A stretch of 64,000 bases of DNA from Bacillota bacterium (GCA_012728115.1 JAAYFS010000002.1:4818-68817), one strand, 5' to 3'; shown: positions 46,789-57,218, counted from the stretch's first letter. Numbers and translations: made by a program. Notes: generated by a model from the letters alone, not told the origin.

Positions 46789-48228
46789 ATGCCAATTCAT
46801 GTGTACAATACATTATCAAGAAAGAAAGAGAATTTTGCGCCAAGTATAGAGGAAACGATAGGAGTCTACGTTTGCGGAGTGACACCCTATTCCTCTACCC
46901 ATCTAGGTCATGCTAGACCTTCTGTTGTCTGGGATGTCATTAAGAAATTCTTAGTATGGAGAGGCTACAGAGTTTATCATGTGCAAAACTTTACCGATGT
47001 GGATGATAAGATCATTGCCCGAGCGAATGAAGAAGGCATTTCTCCTCTTGAACTATCGGCAAAATATGCTCAAGACTATCTGGAAAGCATGGACGCTTTA
47101 GGTGTATCACGAGCAGATATCTATCCTAAAGTAAGTGAACATATCCCTGAAATCATTAATATGATCGAGCGCTTGATCAAAAAAGGATATGCTTATCCAT
47201 CCGAGGGCAATGTCTATTATGATGTTGAGAAATTTACCGATTACGGGAAGTTATCGAATCAACGTTTAGACGAACTACAATCTGGTACCAGATTTGAAGT
47301 AGATCCAAACAAGAAAAACCCGATGGACTTTGCGCTGTGGAAAAGTGCCAAAGAAGGCGAAATATCCTGGGATAGCCCTTGGGGACCAGGCCGACCAGGA
47401 TGGCATATTGAATGCTCAGTAATGTCTGAGAAGTACTTAGGTTCGAATTTCCATTTTCATGGTGGGGGAAACGATTTAATTTTCCCTCATCATGAAAATG
47501 AAATTGCTCAATCAGAGGCTGCAACAGGACAACCTTTAGCAAGATACTGGTTGCATAATGGGATGATGAACTTTAAAGATAGCAAGATGTCCAAATCACT
47601 TGGTAATATAGTAACAATCAAGGATGTTCTTAAAAAATATCCAAAAGAGCTTATTCGCTTTTTCATCCTATCTAATCATTATCGCTCTGAACTAGAGTAT
47701 CATGAGGAAAAGCTGACTGAGTCTAATAAAGGGCTAAGAAGACTAAACGAAACAGTCAAGAATGCTATCTGCGCTATTTCGCTTGCAAAAAATCGTGAAC
47801 TAAATAAACAGGATCAAAGAATACTTGAGAAAATTGAGCAATGCGAAAAAGATTATATCGCGGCGATGGAAGATGATTTCAATTCCGCTCTTGCGATCGC
47901 CTCACTATTTGATCTCTGTCGAGAACTAAACGGCTACCTTTCAACAACTAATCAAGAGGGTATTAATGCTACTGTTTTAGAAAAAGCGGTGGAAACCTTT
48001 AAGGTTTTGGCTGGTGATATCTTGGGTATTTTAATCCTGGATGAGGAAAAGAGTAGCGATGATCTGGTTAATCCACTCATGGAACTAATTCTCGAATTAA
48101 GACAGGATCTTCGCAAGGAAAAGAACTTTAAGTTAGCAGATAAAATACGAGATAAACTTAGTGAACTTAATATCCTGGTGGAGGATACTCCGCAGGGACC
48201 AAGGTGGAAGCAAATGAATGGACAATAA
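46789..48228 (+). CDS. cysS: Cysteine--tRNA ligase
   Basis: The HIGH motif 'TPYSSTHLGHA' and the KMSKS motif are present. The start is at 'MPIHVYNTL' (compare E. coli MLKIFNTL). Confidence 0.95.
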   Translation: MPIHVYNTLSRKKENFAPSIEETIGVYVCGVTPYSSTHLGHARPSVVWDVIKKFLVWRGYRVYHVQNFTDVDDKIIARANEEGISPLELSAKYAQDYLESMDALGVSRADIYPKVSEHIPEIINMIERLIKKGYAYPSEGNVYYDVEKFTDYGKLSNQRLDELQSGTRFEVDPNKKNPMDFALWKSAKEGEISWDSPWGPGRPGWHIECSVMSEKYLGSNFHFHGGGNDLIFPHHENEIAQSEAATGQPLARYWLHNGMMNFKDSKMSKSLGNIVTIKDVLKKYPKELIRFFILSNHYRSELEYHEEKLTESNKGLRRLNETVKNAICAISLAKNRELNKQDQRILEKIEQCEKDYIAAMEDDFNSALAIASLFDLCRELNGYLSTTNQEGINATVLEKAVETFKVLAGDILGILILDEEKSSDDLVNPLMELILELRQDLRKEKNFKLADKIRDKLSELNILVEDTPQGPRWKQMNGQ

Positions 48229-48625
48229 ATTAGTAGAATGTTTTAGTGAACAAGTTAATGCAGAGCAATTATCGCCTTTAATCTGGGCTTATGTCGGTGA
48301 TGCTGTGTACGAGCTCTACGTTCGAGTAAAGTTATTAGCTGGCGGTCATTTTACTCCACATAACATTCATACCAAAGTAGTGCAGTTTGTCAAAGCTGCA
48401 AAACAGGCCAGCCTTTTAGAAGAATTGAATGAGTACTTAAATGAAAGGGAGCAAAATATCGTCCGCAGAGGCAGGAATGTGAAGAGTAATGTACCCAAGA
48501 GCACGGATATGATCACTTATCGACACAGCACTGGCTTTGAGGCGTTAATCGGTTACCTGTATCTTTCAGGTGACCACGAAAGATTGTGGGATCTATTAGA
48601 AAAGATCGGAATAGGAGTTGATTGA
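48218..48625 (+). CDS. mrnC: Mini-ribonuclease 3
   Basis: The 'LIWAYVGDAVYELYVR' RNase III-like signature is present. At 135 aa it is positioned after cysS as in Bacillus. Confidence 0.88.
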   Translation: MDNKLVECFSEQVNAEQLSPLIWAYVGDAVYELYVRVKLLAGGHFTPHNIHTKVVQFVKAAKQASLLEELNEYLNEREQNIVRRGRNVKSNVPKSTDMITYRHSTGFEALIGYLYLSGDHERLWDLLEKIGIGVD

Positions 48626-49241
48626 TGTGCCAAAGGTATTAAACAACGGGTATGTGGAGTTAATTGAATCATTCGGACACGATCAGGCGGTTATCCGCAA
48701 TGCTCGTCGTTGTTGGCGAAGCGAATCAAAAGGAGAGTCCTCAGATCGTAATTTGATCAGACATTTAATAACGGCTGGTCATAAATCACCTTTTGAAGCT
48801 ACAGTCTTTACGTTTGATGTTAAAGCTCCGCTCTTCGTTGCTCGCCAATGGTTTCGTCACCGAATTGCATCCTATAATGAGGAATCATTGCGCTACTGTA
48901 TTGCCCTAAGAGACTACTATATTCCTGACGGGCTAACGGGTGAGCAACTCGATCAGTGGAAAAAACACCATGAGTCTTGTTTTGACTTTTACGATGAATT
49001 AGTACATAACCAAGGCCTTAAAAAGGAACAAGCGCGCAGTGTCCTACCTATAGGAATCTATACGAAGTTCTATTGGACCGTTAACGGAAGCTCGTTAATG
49101 AATTTTCTCCACCTCAGACTGGACAAAGCTGCTCAATTTGAGATTAGGGAATATGCACGTGTGATTTTGGAATTAGTAAAAGAAAAAGCGCCAATGTGCT
49201 TTGAGGAATTTGAGCGTGAGGTGATCAATAAACGTGCCTGA
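48618..49241 (+). CDS. thyX: FAD-dependent thymidylate synthase ThyX
   Basis: The ThyX motif 'RHRIASYNEES' (RHRxxxxxS). 207 aa. Confidence 0.88.
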   Translation: MIDVPKVLNNGYVELIESFGHDQAVIRNARRCWRSESKGESSDRNLIRHLITAGHKSPFEATVFTFDVKAPLFVARQWFRHRIASYNEESLRYCIALRDYYIPDGLTGEQLDQWKKHHESCFDFYDELVHNQGLKKEQARSVLPIGIYTKFYWTVNGSSLMNFLHLRLDKAAQFEIREYARVILELVKEKAPMCFEEFEREVINKRA

Positions 49242-49977
49242 TTCACCATTATATATTGAAGGCAGACAACCTGTATTAGAATTACTTAGAACAGGGAAAA
49301 CCATTAATCGCCTGATGGTCGCCAAAGGGGAACATCATGGTTCAATTAAGCAAATAATCGCATTAGCCAAAGAAAGAAACATTGTTTTGCAATTGGTTGA
49401 ACGTCAATACCTGAATAAGTTGAGTGAAACTGGCGCACATCAAGGGGTTATTGCCCAAATTTCCCCAATCGAATATCTGGAATTAGATGATGTGTTGGAA
49501 GCAAATCAAGGAAATAAAAACGCCTTTTACTTGGTATTGGATGGGATATCTGATCCTCACAATCTCGGATCTTTAATCAGGACCGCCGAAACAAGTGGAG
49601 TAACGGCAGTGATAATTCCAAAACATCGGGCTGCTGGGGTGACTGCTACCGTGATCAAGACATCCGCAGGTGCGGCGTTCCATTTACCGATTTGTCGGGT
49701 AACCAATCTGGCAATGACGATAAAAACACTAAAGGAAAATGGTTGTTGGATTGTTGGAGCTGATATGGATGGTACTACAATGTACCAACAAGATCTTACG
49801 GGTCCAATCGCATTAGTAGTAGGAAGTGAAGGAAAAGGGATGAGCGAGTTGGTGAAAAAAAGCTGTGATTTTATCGTGAGCATCCCAATGTTTGGTAAGA
49901 TCAATTCTTTGAATGCTTCTGTAGCTGGTGGGTTAATAATGTATGAGATTGTGAGACAACGCAAATTTTCTCAGTAG
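49234..49977 (+). CDS. rlmB: 23S rRNA (guanosine-2'-O)-methyltransferase RlmB (SpoU/TrmH family)
   Basis: An N-terminal L30e-like domain and a SpoU MTase domain ('VLDGISDPHNLGSLIRTAE'). Confidence 0.9.
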   Translation: MPDSPLYIEGRQPVLELLRTGKTINRLMVAKGEHHGSIKQIIALAKERNIVLQLVERQYLNKLSETGAHQGVIAQISPIEYLELDDVLEANQGNKNAFYLVLDGISDPHNLGSLIRTAETSGVTAVIIPKHRAAGVTATVIKTSAGAAFHLPICRVTNLAMTIKTLKENGCWIVGADMDGTTMYQQDLTGPIALVVGSEGKGMSELVKKSCDFIVSIPMFGKINSLNASVAGGLIMYEIVRQRKFSQ

Positions 49978-49983
49978 TTTTTT

Positions 49984-50028
49984 TCCTCCTAATGGTTAAG
50001 CTATAACTTGACCGAGGAGGATTTTTTT
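49984..50028 (+). promoter_or_regulatory. Hairpin whose 3' arm is the SD of the downstream VanW gene (anti-SD 'tcctcct' pairs with 'aggagga'), followed by a T-tract
   Basis: tcctcct-(23-nt loop)-aggagga followed by ttttttt then ATG. It could act as a terminator after rlmB and/or as an SD-sequestering structure. Confidence 0.45.
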
Positions 50029-51147
50029 ATGAGAAAAAAACGAATCATTGTTGTAGCAATTTTAATTTGTATTAGTGGAATTTTTTATCTACTCGCTGGT
50101 CGATTAAATCAATGCTCAAACCCAGATCCACCTGATACTATTGAATCTTCCCCGCTTCAAACTCTGATTCTTCAAGATGGAGAAAGGCAGTGGAACATAT
50201 CGTTAAGTCCTGATTTCGACGAAGAAATGTTACTAAAGGAGCTACAAAAAATCAACACTCAGATCGAGCAACCAGTTAAAAATGAAAAGTGGGATTTTCT
50301 GAATCAAGTGGTTATTCCAGGAGAGGCAGGAAGGAGCGTTGATCTTGATGCGACGTTAAAGCTTATCAAACAAAGAATCTCGGAAGGTAGTCCCGAACCA
50401 GTTTCGTTAGTGATCGAGCTCCTTGAACCTACCAAAGTACCAGATTATAAAAATGAAAACTATTCGGAGCGATTAGCACGGTATTCAACCTACTTTGATC
50501 CAGAAAATGAAGGAAGAACTAATAATATCAAATTGGCTGCTAACATGCTTAATGATATAATAGTTGCACCACAGGATGAGTTTTCGTTTAATAAAGTGGT
50601 AGGACCTACCTCTCAAGAAAAGGGTTTCCAAAATGCCTTGGTAATCGTAAATCAAGAGTTTGTGATGGGTTTAGGTGGAGGTGTATGCCAAGTCTCCACT
50701 ACCCTGTATAATTCCGCTTTGTTGTCAGGGATGGAGATTGCTTATCGAAAGAACCATTCCTTACCAGTCGGTTATATTCCCTTAGGTCGTGATGCTGCAG
50801 TCTACTACGATAGTCTTGATTTTCGTTTTCGTAATCCCTACGACTTCCCGATCCAAATAAAAACCGAAGTTTCGGAGAATCGACTTAGTATTGCGATTTA
50901 TGCTCCTCAACCGATCGATACTAGCTATCGTATTGAAGTAGGAGAGGCGCGCATTATTGAACCTGAGGTAAAAATTATTCCTGATCCTACCCTCCCAAAA
51001 GGAGAAGAGGTTGTAGCTCAGCAAGGCAGGCAGGGATACCAGGTTGAGGTTTATCGGATTAAGGTACAAAATGAACAAGAGCTGAGAGAGTTAGTATCAA
51101 AAGACATTTATCCAGAACAGCCAAAAGTCGTGTACCTGGGCATTTGA
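50029..51147 (+). CDS. VanW-family protein with a C-terminal G5 domain
   Basis: The VanW signature 'GLGGGVCQVSTTLYNSAL' and a C-terminal G5-like segment. The start is at 'MRKKRIIV' after RBS 'gaggagg'. Confidence 0.8.
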   Translation: MRKKRIIVVAILICISGIFYLLAGRLNQCSNPDPPDTIESSPLQTLILQDGERQWNISLSPDFDEEMLLKELQKINTQIEQPVKNEKWDFLNQVVIPGEAGRSVDLDATLKLIKQRISEGSPEPVSLVIELLEPTKVPDYKNENYSERLARYSTYFDPENEGRTNNIKLAANMLNDIIVAPQDEFSFNKVVGPTSQEKGFQNALVIVNQEFVMGLGGGVCQVSTTLYNSALLSGMEIAYRKNHSLPVGYIPLGRDAAVYYDSLDFRFRNPYDFPIQIKTEVSENRLSIAIYAPQPIDTSYRIEVGEARIIEPEVKIIPDPTLPKGEEVVAQQGRQGYQVEVYRIKVQNEQELRELVSKDIYPEQPKVVYLGI

Positions 51148-51172
51148 CCAAGGATGCTTATCCCGTGCTTCC

Positions 51173-51201
51173 TTGACGCTATCTCTTTAGTGGTGTATAA
51201 T
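51173..51201 (+). promoter_or_regulatory. Sigma-A-type promoter upstream of sigH (TTGACG-17-TATAAT)
   Basis: -35 at 51173-51178 and -10 at 51196-51201. Confidence 0.6.
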
Positions 51202-51295
51202 TAACCTGTGATTGAGAGGAATTAACCGTTATCGGGCTTTCGGGCAACTCATCGGCTTGGAACCCTCTTATATATTCCTTACGGAGGCGATGTAA

Positions 51296-51946
51296 TTGGG
51301 AGTAAATGTTCAAAAGGACTTTTGCGAAATGTACGAATCCATGACTGATGAAGAGATTGTGGAATATGCCCGAGAAGGTAGTGAGATAGCTCTTGAATTT
51401 TTAATTAATAAGTATAGAAATTTTGTGAGAGCTAAAGCACGTTCCTACTTTTTAATAGGTGCTGATCGCGAAGACATTATTCAAGAGGGTATGATCGGTC
51501 TTTATAAAGCGATTCGCGATTTTAAAGCGGACAAGCTTGCATCCTTTAGGGCTTTTGCAGAACTATGTATTACACGTCAAATCATTACAGCAATCAAAAC
51601 CGCAACTCGCCAGAAACATATTCCTTTAAATTCATATGTTTCATTGAATAAGCCGATTTACGATGAAGAGTCAGATAGAACACTGCTTGATATAATCTCT
51701 GGAACTAAAGTAACCGATCCTGAAGAGTTATTGATTAGTCATGAAGAATTCATGGACATTGAAAACAAGATGAGTGAATTTTTAAGTGAATTGGAATGGA
51801 AAGTTCTGATGGCATACTTAGAAGGAAAAAGTTATCAAGAGATAGCCGATGAATTATCTAGGCATGTAAAATCGATCGATAACGCGCTTCAAAGAGTAAA
51901 ACGCAAACTAGAACTTTACCTGGAAAAAAGAGAAAGTGTTGGTTAA
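51296..51946 (+). CDS. sigH: RNA polymerase sigma factor SigH (Spo0H)
   Basis: 'LINKYRNFVRAKARSYF...DIIQEGMIGLYKAIRDF' is nearly identical to the Bacillus SigH region 2. It has a TTG start after RBS 'acggagg'. Confidence 0.92.
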   Translation: MGVNVQKDFCEMYESMTDEEIVEYAREGSEIALEFLINKYRNFVRAKARSYFLIGADREDIIQEGMIGLYKAIRDFKADKLASFRAFAELCITRQIITAIKTATRQKHIPLNSYVSLNKPIYDEESDRTLLDIISGTKVTDPEELLISHEEFMDIENKMSEFLSELEWKVLMAYLEGKSYQEIADELSRHVKSIDNALQRVKRKLELYLEKRESVG

Positions 51947-51966
51947 ATTAAAAGGCTAAAAAGTAG

Positions 51967-51995
51967 TTGACATTTTAAAAGATACCTGCTAATAT
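51967..51995 (+). promoter_or_regulatory. Promoter for the tRNA cluster (TTGACA-17-TAATAT)
   Basis: Consensus -35 at 51967-51972 and -10 at 51990-51995. Confidence 0.65.
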
Positions 51996-52012
51996 AATAA
52001 CTGTTCTGACTA

Positions 52013-52088
52013 GCCGGTGTAGCTCAATTGGTAGAGCACTCGACTTGTAATCGAGAGGTTGTGGATTCGAGTTCCTCCACCGGCTCCA
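52013..52088 (+). tRNA. tRNA-Thr (TGT)
   Basis: A cloverleaf with anticodon loop ct-TGT-aa, 'ggttcgagtcc'-like TΨC and a CCA end. 76 nt. Confidence 0.88.
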
Positions 52089-52108
52089 TAATAAATAGTT
52101 TTTTCTGT

Positions 52109-52194
52109 GGAGGGATTCCCGAGTTGGCCAAAGGGGGCAGACTGTAAATCTGCTGGCAGTGCCTTCGCAGGTTCGAATCCTGCTCCCTCCACCA
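52109..52194 (+). tRNA. tRNA-Tyr (GTA)
   Basis: Anticodon loop ct-GTA-aa, a long variable arm (type II tRNA) and a CCA end. 86 nt. Confidence 0.88.
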
Positions 52195-52203
52195 TTTAAT
52201 TTC

Positions 52204-52280
<77 letters not shown>

Positions 52281-52346
52281 ATACGCATACAACTATCGGA
52301 TTGAAATTTCACATCAATAGTAACGATATAAATCTTTAGCTAATTA

Positions 52347-52380
52347 AGCTGGTCTCATGAGGCCAGCTTTTGTTGTGTTT
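52347..52380 (+). terminator. Terminator after the tRNA cluster
   Basis: agctggt-ctcatgag-gccagct followed by a T-rich tract tttgttgtgttt. Confidence 0.6.
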
Positions 52381-52656
52381 GTGGCGCATTTCTCACCTGT
52401 GGTTCATACCATGCAATATGGTAGACCGCGGTGTGGAGGTGGGTGTGTGCTAAAGTATTTCGTTGGCGGATTTGTTATGTCATTTATCTTGCTTTTTCTG
52501 ATCCCAATTTGGCTGATCTGGCCCCTCGTTGTTTCTAGCATTCTGATCTGGAAATTAATCAAGTACAAGAGCTTTAGCGAACTAGATAGTTCGCAGATCT
52601 TCTTGGTGATGCTCGGTGCCTTACTACCTTTAGGGTGGAAAATCTTGGTTCCATGA
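52357..52656 (+). CDS. Hypothetical small membrane protein (low confidence; the N-terminus overlaps the tRNA terminator hairpin)
   Basis: A 99-aa ORF with a strongly hydrophobic C-terminal half. I see no clear RBS, and an internal Met at 52411 is possible. Confidence 0.25.
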   Translation: MRPAFVVFVAHFSPVVHTMQYGRPRCGGGCVLKYFVGGFVMSFILLFLIPIWLIWPLVVSSILIWKLIKYKSFSELDSSQIFLVMLGALLPLGWKILVP

Positions 52657-52824
52657 AGAAAAACTCTCTCTGGGATTTTTTGACGGCAAATGGATACAAT
52701 AACAAATAAACGAAGAGGTATTTCTTTTAGAATAGAAGGAGATTTCTGGCTAACGCCGAATAAGATTTTTAATTCTATTTTCCGGTGTTGCCGGATGAAA
52801 GATTTCGGAGAGGAGTATCAAGTA

Positions 52825-54024
52825 ATGGCAAAACAGAAGTTTGAAAGAACCAAACCTCACGTTAACGTGGGAACAATTGGTCACGTAGACCATGGTAAAA
52901 CAACCACTACCGCAGCTATAACAATGTTATTAGCTCATGGTAATAAAGAAAAGGTTAAGAAATTCGAAGAGATCGACAACGCTCCAGAAGAAAGAGAACG
53001 CGGTATTACTATTAATACTTCTCACGTAGAGTACGAGACAGAAAAGCGTCACTATGCTCACGTAGACTGCCCAGGTCACGCAGACTATGTTAAGAACATG
53101 ATTACTGGTGCAGCTCAAATGGACGGAGCTATCCTCGTAGTATCAGCAGCAGATGGTCCAATGCCTCAAACTCGCGAGCACATTCTTCTAGCTCGTCAAG
53201 TAGGCGTACCAGCAATCGTAGTATGGCTCAACAAAGCTGATATGGTTGATGACGAAGAATTAATGGAATTAGTAGAGATGGAAGTTCGTGAACTTCTCAG
53301 CGCTTATGAATTCCCAGGTGACGATATTCCAGTAGTATCTGGTAGTGCTCTTAAGGCTCTTGAAGAGTTAGAAGCTGGAACACCAGGTCCATGGTGTGAA
53401 AGATTAATGACTCTAATGGATGCAGTAGATGAGTACATCCCAACACCTGCACGTGAAATCGAAAAACCATTCCTAATGCCAGTAGAGGACGTATTCACCA
53501 TTACTGGTCGTGGAACAGTAGCTACTGGTCGTGTAGAACGTGGAGTAATTAAAGTAGGCGACGAAGTAGAAATCGTAGGTTTAAAAGAGACCAGAAAGAC
53601 AGTAGCAACAGGTGTAGAGATGTTCCGTAAGTTGCTTGACCAAGCTGAAGCAGGAGACAACATTGGTGTACTACTTCGCGGTATTGATAGAGAGTCTATC
53701 GAAAGAGGTCAAGTACTTGCAAAACCTGGTTCAATCAAGCCATACACCAAGTTTGAAGGTGAAGTATACGTACTAACCAAGGAAGAGGGCGGACGTCATA
53801 AGCCATTCTTCGATGGATATCGTCCACAATTCTACTTCCGTACCACTGACGTAACAGGTATCATTAAATTACCAGAAGGAACCGAAATGGTAATGCCTGG
53901 TGACAACGTAACCATTATCGCAGAATTGATTACCCCAATCGCAATGGAAGAAGGACTCCGTTTTGCGATTCGTGAAGGCGGCCGCACCGTAGGTGCTGGT
54001 GTTGTAACCAAGATTCTTTCGTAA
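52825..54024 (+). CDS. tuf: Elongation factor Tu
   Basis: '[31 protein letters not shown]' and the full EF-Tu sequence. The start is at ATG 52825 after RBS 'ggagaggag'. The track ORF is extended upstream to 52690. Confidence 0.97.
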   Translation: MAKQKFERTKPHVNVGTIGHVDHGKTTTTAAITMLLAHGNKEKVKKFEEIDNAPEERERGITINTSHVEYETEKRHYAHVDCPGHADYVKNMITGAAQMDGAILVVSAADGPMPQTREHILLARQVGVPAIVVWLNKADMVDDEELMELVEMEVRELLSAYEFPGDDIPVVSGSALKALEELEAGTPGPWCERLMTLMDAVDEYIPTPAREIEKPFLMPVEDVFTITGRGTVATGRVERGVIKVGDEVEIVGLKETRKTVATGVEMFRKLLDQAEAGDNIGVLLRGIDRESIERGQVLAKPGSIKPYTKFEGEVYVLTKEEGGRHKPFFDGYRPQFYFRTTDVTGIIKLPEGTEMVMPGDNVTIIAELITPIAMEEGLRFAIREGGRTVGAGVVTKILS

Positions 54025-54077
54025 GTTTCCAATAATTTCTTCTGATAATTCTTTTGATTAAATAAAAGAAAAAGTCG

Positions 54078-54119
54078 ACATAATATAACATCCTGGCTTG
54101 TCAGGGTGTTATATTATGT
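54078..54119 (+). repeat. 18-bp inverted repeat (one mismatch) with a 6-nt loop downstream of tuf
   Basis: acataatataacatcctg-gcttgt-cagggtgttatattatgt. No T-tract follows on the plus strand. Confidence 0.5.
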
Positions 54120-54205
54120 TCAAAACGCGTGGGTGCGAGGTATTGACAGGTTTCCTAAAATATGATAGCATTCATAAGGTATTTTAGAATCTGGAGGTGT
54201 CGGCT

Positions 54206-54355
54206 GTGCGTGTCGGTATTACCCTTGAATGTACAGAATGCAAAAACCGGAACTATCGCACCAATAAGAATAGAAAGAATGACCCGGAACGCATTGAACT
54301 AAAGAAATATTGCAAGAAATGTAAGACACATACCGTTCATAAAGAAACCCGCTAG
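54206..54355 (+). CDS. rpmG: 50S ribosomal protein L33
   Basis: The GTG start gives [49 protein letters not shown], a canonical L33 zinc ribbon. It is not in the ORF track because it is 49 aa. Confidence 0.9.
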   Translation: MRVGITLECTECKNRNYRTNKNRKNDPERIELKKYCKKCKTHTVHKETR

Positions 54356-54371
54356 GGTTTAGAAAAAGGAT

Positions 54372-54608
54372 GTGAGATGCGTGGCAGCAACAGCCAGAAA
54401 AGCAAAAGTTTCCTTTTGGGGACGACTATTAAAATATTTCCGTGATGCTCGAAGCGAACTGCGTAAAGTTGCATGGCCTAACCGAAAGGAATTGATAACC
54501 TATACAATTATTGTACTAGTTACAGTTGCAATTGTTGCGCTATTCCTGGGTGTTTTTGACGTGGTTTTTGCTAGACTAATAGGTTTTTTAAGCAGATTGG
54601 GGGGGTGA
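54372..54608 (+). CDS. secE: Preprotein translocase subunit SecE
   Basis: 'LLKYFRDARSELRKVAWPNRKELITYTIIVLVTVAIV' is the SecE single TM. The start is GTG at 54372 or 54381. Confidence 0.88.
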   Translation: MRCVAATARKAKVSFWGRLLKYFRDARSELRKVAWPNRKELITYTIIVLVTVAIVALFLGVFDVVFARLIGFLSRLGG

Positions 54609-54634
54609 AGAACCTAATTTAGGTTCTTTCCATC

Positions 54635-55177
54635 ATGAGTAACTCAGTAACTGACCAAAGACTTTGGTATGTTGTGCATACTTATTCAGGTTATGAAAAC
54701 AAGGTAAAAGCCAATCTTGAAAGGCGAGTCGAGTCGATGGGAATGGAAGACAAGATTTTTCGCGTCGTTGTTCCTGTTGAGGACGTCGTTGAGTATAAAG
54801 ATGGTAAAAAGAAGGTTACTCAGAAGAAAGTTTTCCCTGGTTATGTCTTAGTTGAAATGATCGTAACAGATGATTCTTGGTATGTTGTAAGGAATACACC
54901 AGGAGTCACAGGATTTGTTGGTTCTGGTGTAAAACCCATTCCCTTAGAAGATGATGAGGTTTTCAAAATTCTCCAGAACATGGGTGTTGAATATGCCCAT
55001 TCCAAATTCGATTTTGAAGTTGGAGAAACAGTGAACGTGATGTCTGGTCCATTTGAGAATTTTTCTGGAAAGATTGTGGAAATTAACAAAGAAAAAGGGA
55101 AAGTACGTTTAAGCATCTCGATGTTTGGACGTGAGACTCCTGTTGAATTAGATTTTCACCAAATAGCAAAGGTATAA
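54635..55177 (+). CDS. nusG: Transcription termination/antitermination factor NusG
   Basis: NGN ('WYVVHTYSGYENKV') and KOW domains. Confidence 0.95.
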   Translation: MSNSVTDQRLWYVVHTYSGYENKVKANLERRVESMGMEDKIFRVVVPVEDVVEYKDGKKKVTQKKVFPGYVLVEMIVTDDSWYVVRNTPGVTGFVGSGVKPIPLEDDEVFKILQNMGVEYAHSKFDFEVGETVNVMSGPFENFSGKIVEINKEKGKVRLSISMFGRETPVELDFHQIAKV

Positions 55178-55251
55178 ACTTTGAGAGTGGCCTGACGTGG
55201 GAGGATGTAAGTCCGCCATTACCACATTTATTGTAAGGAGGTGTATGCGCC

Positions 55252-55677
55252 GTGGCAAAAAAAGTCAGTGCAATAGTAAAGTTGCAAATCCCTGCAGGAA
55301 AAGCTACAGCGGCGCCGCCGGTTGGTTCGGCTCTTGGTCCGCATGGAGTAAATATGATGGAGTTTATCAAGGGTTTTAACGAAAGGACAGCAAGCCAAGT
55401 TGGAATGATTATTCCAGTGGTTATCACAATCTATGAAGACCGTTCGTTTACCTTTATTACCAAAACTCCGCCAGCAGCGGTTCTATTGAAGAAAGCTTTG
55501 AATATCGAAAAAGCTTCAGGTGAGCCTAACCGGACAAAAATCGGAACCGTTAAACGGGATAAAGTTAGAGAAATTGCCGAGATTAAGATGCCAGACTTAA
55601 ATGCGGCAGATATTGAAGCAGCTATGAGAATGGTCGAAGGTACCGCCCGAAGCATGGGAATTGTTGTAGAAGACTAA
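55252..55677 (+). CDS. rplK: 50S ribosomal protein L11
   Basis: GTG start. '[33 protein letters not shown]' is L11. Confidence 0.95.
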   Translation: MAKKVSAIVKLQIPAGKATAAPPVGSALGPHGVNMMEFIKGFNERTASQVGMIIPVVITIYEDRSFTFITKTPPAAVLLKKALNIEKASGEPNRTKIGTVKRDKVREIAEIKMPDLNAADIEAAMRMVEGTARSMGIVVED

Positions 55678-55745
55678 TTACTCAGTAAGATCTTTTGAAA
55701 TATGTGGGAGGATTTTCCGTTTGTACCACAAAGGAGGAAAGTAGA

Positions 55746-56441
55746 ATGGCTAAGAAAGGCAAGCGTTATTTGGAAGCAGCCAAGAAAGTTGACCCTCGCA
55801 AAATCTACACAAGAGATGAAGCAATAGAATTAGTCAAAGAAGTAGCAAATGCGAAATTCGACGAAACTGTCGAGGTAGCAATCAAACTTGGTGTTGATCC
55901 ACGTCACGCTGATCAGCAGGTAAGAGGTACTGTTGTTTTGCCTCATGGTTTAGGTAAAGAAATGAAAGTCTTAGTTTTTGCTAAAGGCGACAAAGCTAAA
56001 GAAGCACAAGATGCTGGAGCAGATTTCGTCGGTGACGAAGATCTTGCTACCAAAATTCAAGGTGGATGGACAGATTTCGACGTAGCTATCGCTACCCCTG
56101 ATATGATGGGCGTAGTTGGTAGACTCGGAAGAATTCTTGGACCAAGAGGATTAATGCCTAACCCAAGAACAGGAACCGTTACCCTTGAGATTGAAAAAGC
56201 TGTTAAAGAAGCTAAAGCTGGTAAAGTTGAATTCCGTGTGAACAAAGAAGCAGGCATTCACTGCCCAATCGGAAAAGTTTCTTTCGAAGTTGATCAACTA
56301 AGAGATAACTTCCTAGCTTTAATGGATGCTATTATTAAAGCAAAACCAGCAGCTGCCAAAGGAACCTATTTGAGAAAGCTTTCGATCTCTTCGACAATGG
56401 GACCTGGTATCAAAGTTCAAACACAACATGTACTTGATTAA
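55746..56441 (+). CDS. rplA: 50S ribosomal protein L1
   Basis: '[16 protein letters not shown]' is the L1 N-terminus. The track ORF extends upstream to 55695. Confidence 0.95.
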   Translation: MAKKGKRYLEAAKKVDPRKIYTRDEAIELVKEVANAKFDETVEVAIKLGVDPRHADQQVRGTVVLPHGLGKEMKVLVFAKGDKAKEAQDAGADFVGDEDLATKIQGGWTDFDVAIATPDMMGVVGRLGRILGPRGLMPNPRTGTVTLEIEKAVKEAKAGKVEFRVNKEAGIHCPIGKVSFEVDQLRDNFLALMDAIIKAKPAAAKGTYLRKLSISSTMGPGIKVQTQHVLD

Positions 56442-56576
56442 AATTGTTTTTTGAAATAGAATATAAAAGACCGTAGACAGTTGGTGTCCATTAGGACTTA
56501 AGGAGCTAGTGCTCGCCATCCGAGGTTTTACAATAGTGCAACACCCCTTCTTTGGGTTATTTGTTAAGCTGTTTTA

Positions 56577-56607
56577 AGATCTCCTGTCTCGGTGGAGGTC
56601 TTTTTTA
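56577..56607 (+). promoter_or_regulatory. rplJ (L10) leader attenuator hairpin
   Basis: agatctcc-tgtctcggt-ggaggtct followed by tttttt, inside the 200-nt rplA-rplJ intergenic leader. This resembles the L10-leader attenuator. Confidence 0.6.
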
Positions 56608-56641
56608 TTCACCGAATCGCTCTCTTTAAGGAGGTGACAGA

Positions 56642-57166
56642 ATGGCAAGGCCAGAGAAAGTAGTAATAGTCGAAGAAATTAAGGAACGGTTAGATAGTGT
56701 CCAAGGAGCTGTCATTGTTGACTACAGAGGTCTTAACGTTGCAGCAGTAACTGAATTGCGTAAGCAATTACGTGATGCAGGGGTAGAATTTAAGGTTCTC
56801 AAGAACACATTGACAAGACGTGCTGCCGAAGAAAAAGGTTTGGATGATTTACTCCCACTTTTAAATGGCCCAACCGCTATTGCTTTTGGCTACAATGATC
56901 CAGTAGCACCTGCAAAAATCTTAAATAACTTTGCCAGGACTAACCCAGCGTTAGAGCTAAAAGGTGGATTGCTAGAAGGAAAAGTACTTGATGTTAATGG
57001 AGTGAAAGCATTAGCTGAACTACCATCAAGAGAGGAACTTCTCGCTCAAGTGGTTCGCGGTATGCAAGCTCCGATCGCTGGTATGGTCAACGTACTTCAA
57101 GGTACAATCAGAAACTTTGTTTATGCTCTTGAGGCTGTTAGAAAGCAGAAAGAAGGAGCAGCATAA
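56642..57166 (+). CDS. rplJ: 50S ribosomal protein L10
   Basis: '[44 protein letters not shown]' is L10. Confidence 0.95.
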   Translation: MARPEKVVIVEEIKERLDSVQGAVIVDYRGLNVAAVTELRKQLRDAGVEFKVLKNTLTRRAAEEKGLDDLLPLLNGPTAIAFGYNDPVAPAKILNNFARTNPALELKGGLLEGKVLDVNGVKALAELPSREELLAQVVRGMQAPIAGMVNVLQGTIRNFVYALEAVRKQKEGAA

Positions 57167-57218
57167 ATTATTAATCAAACTTAAATATCAATAATTTGAA
57201 ATTAGGAGGCATTTTTCA

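Noticed and set aside
52690-52824. Upstream extension of the tuf ORF (45 extra codons in the track)
   Set aside because: EF-Tu universally begins at MAKxKF. A strong RBS (ggagaggag) precedes the ATG at 52825, and the extension is not conserved.
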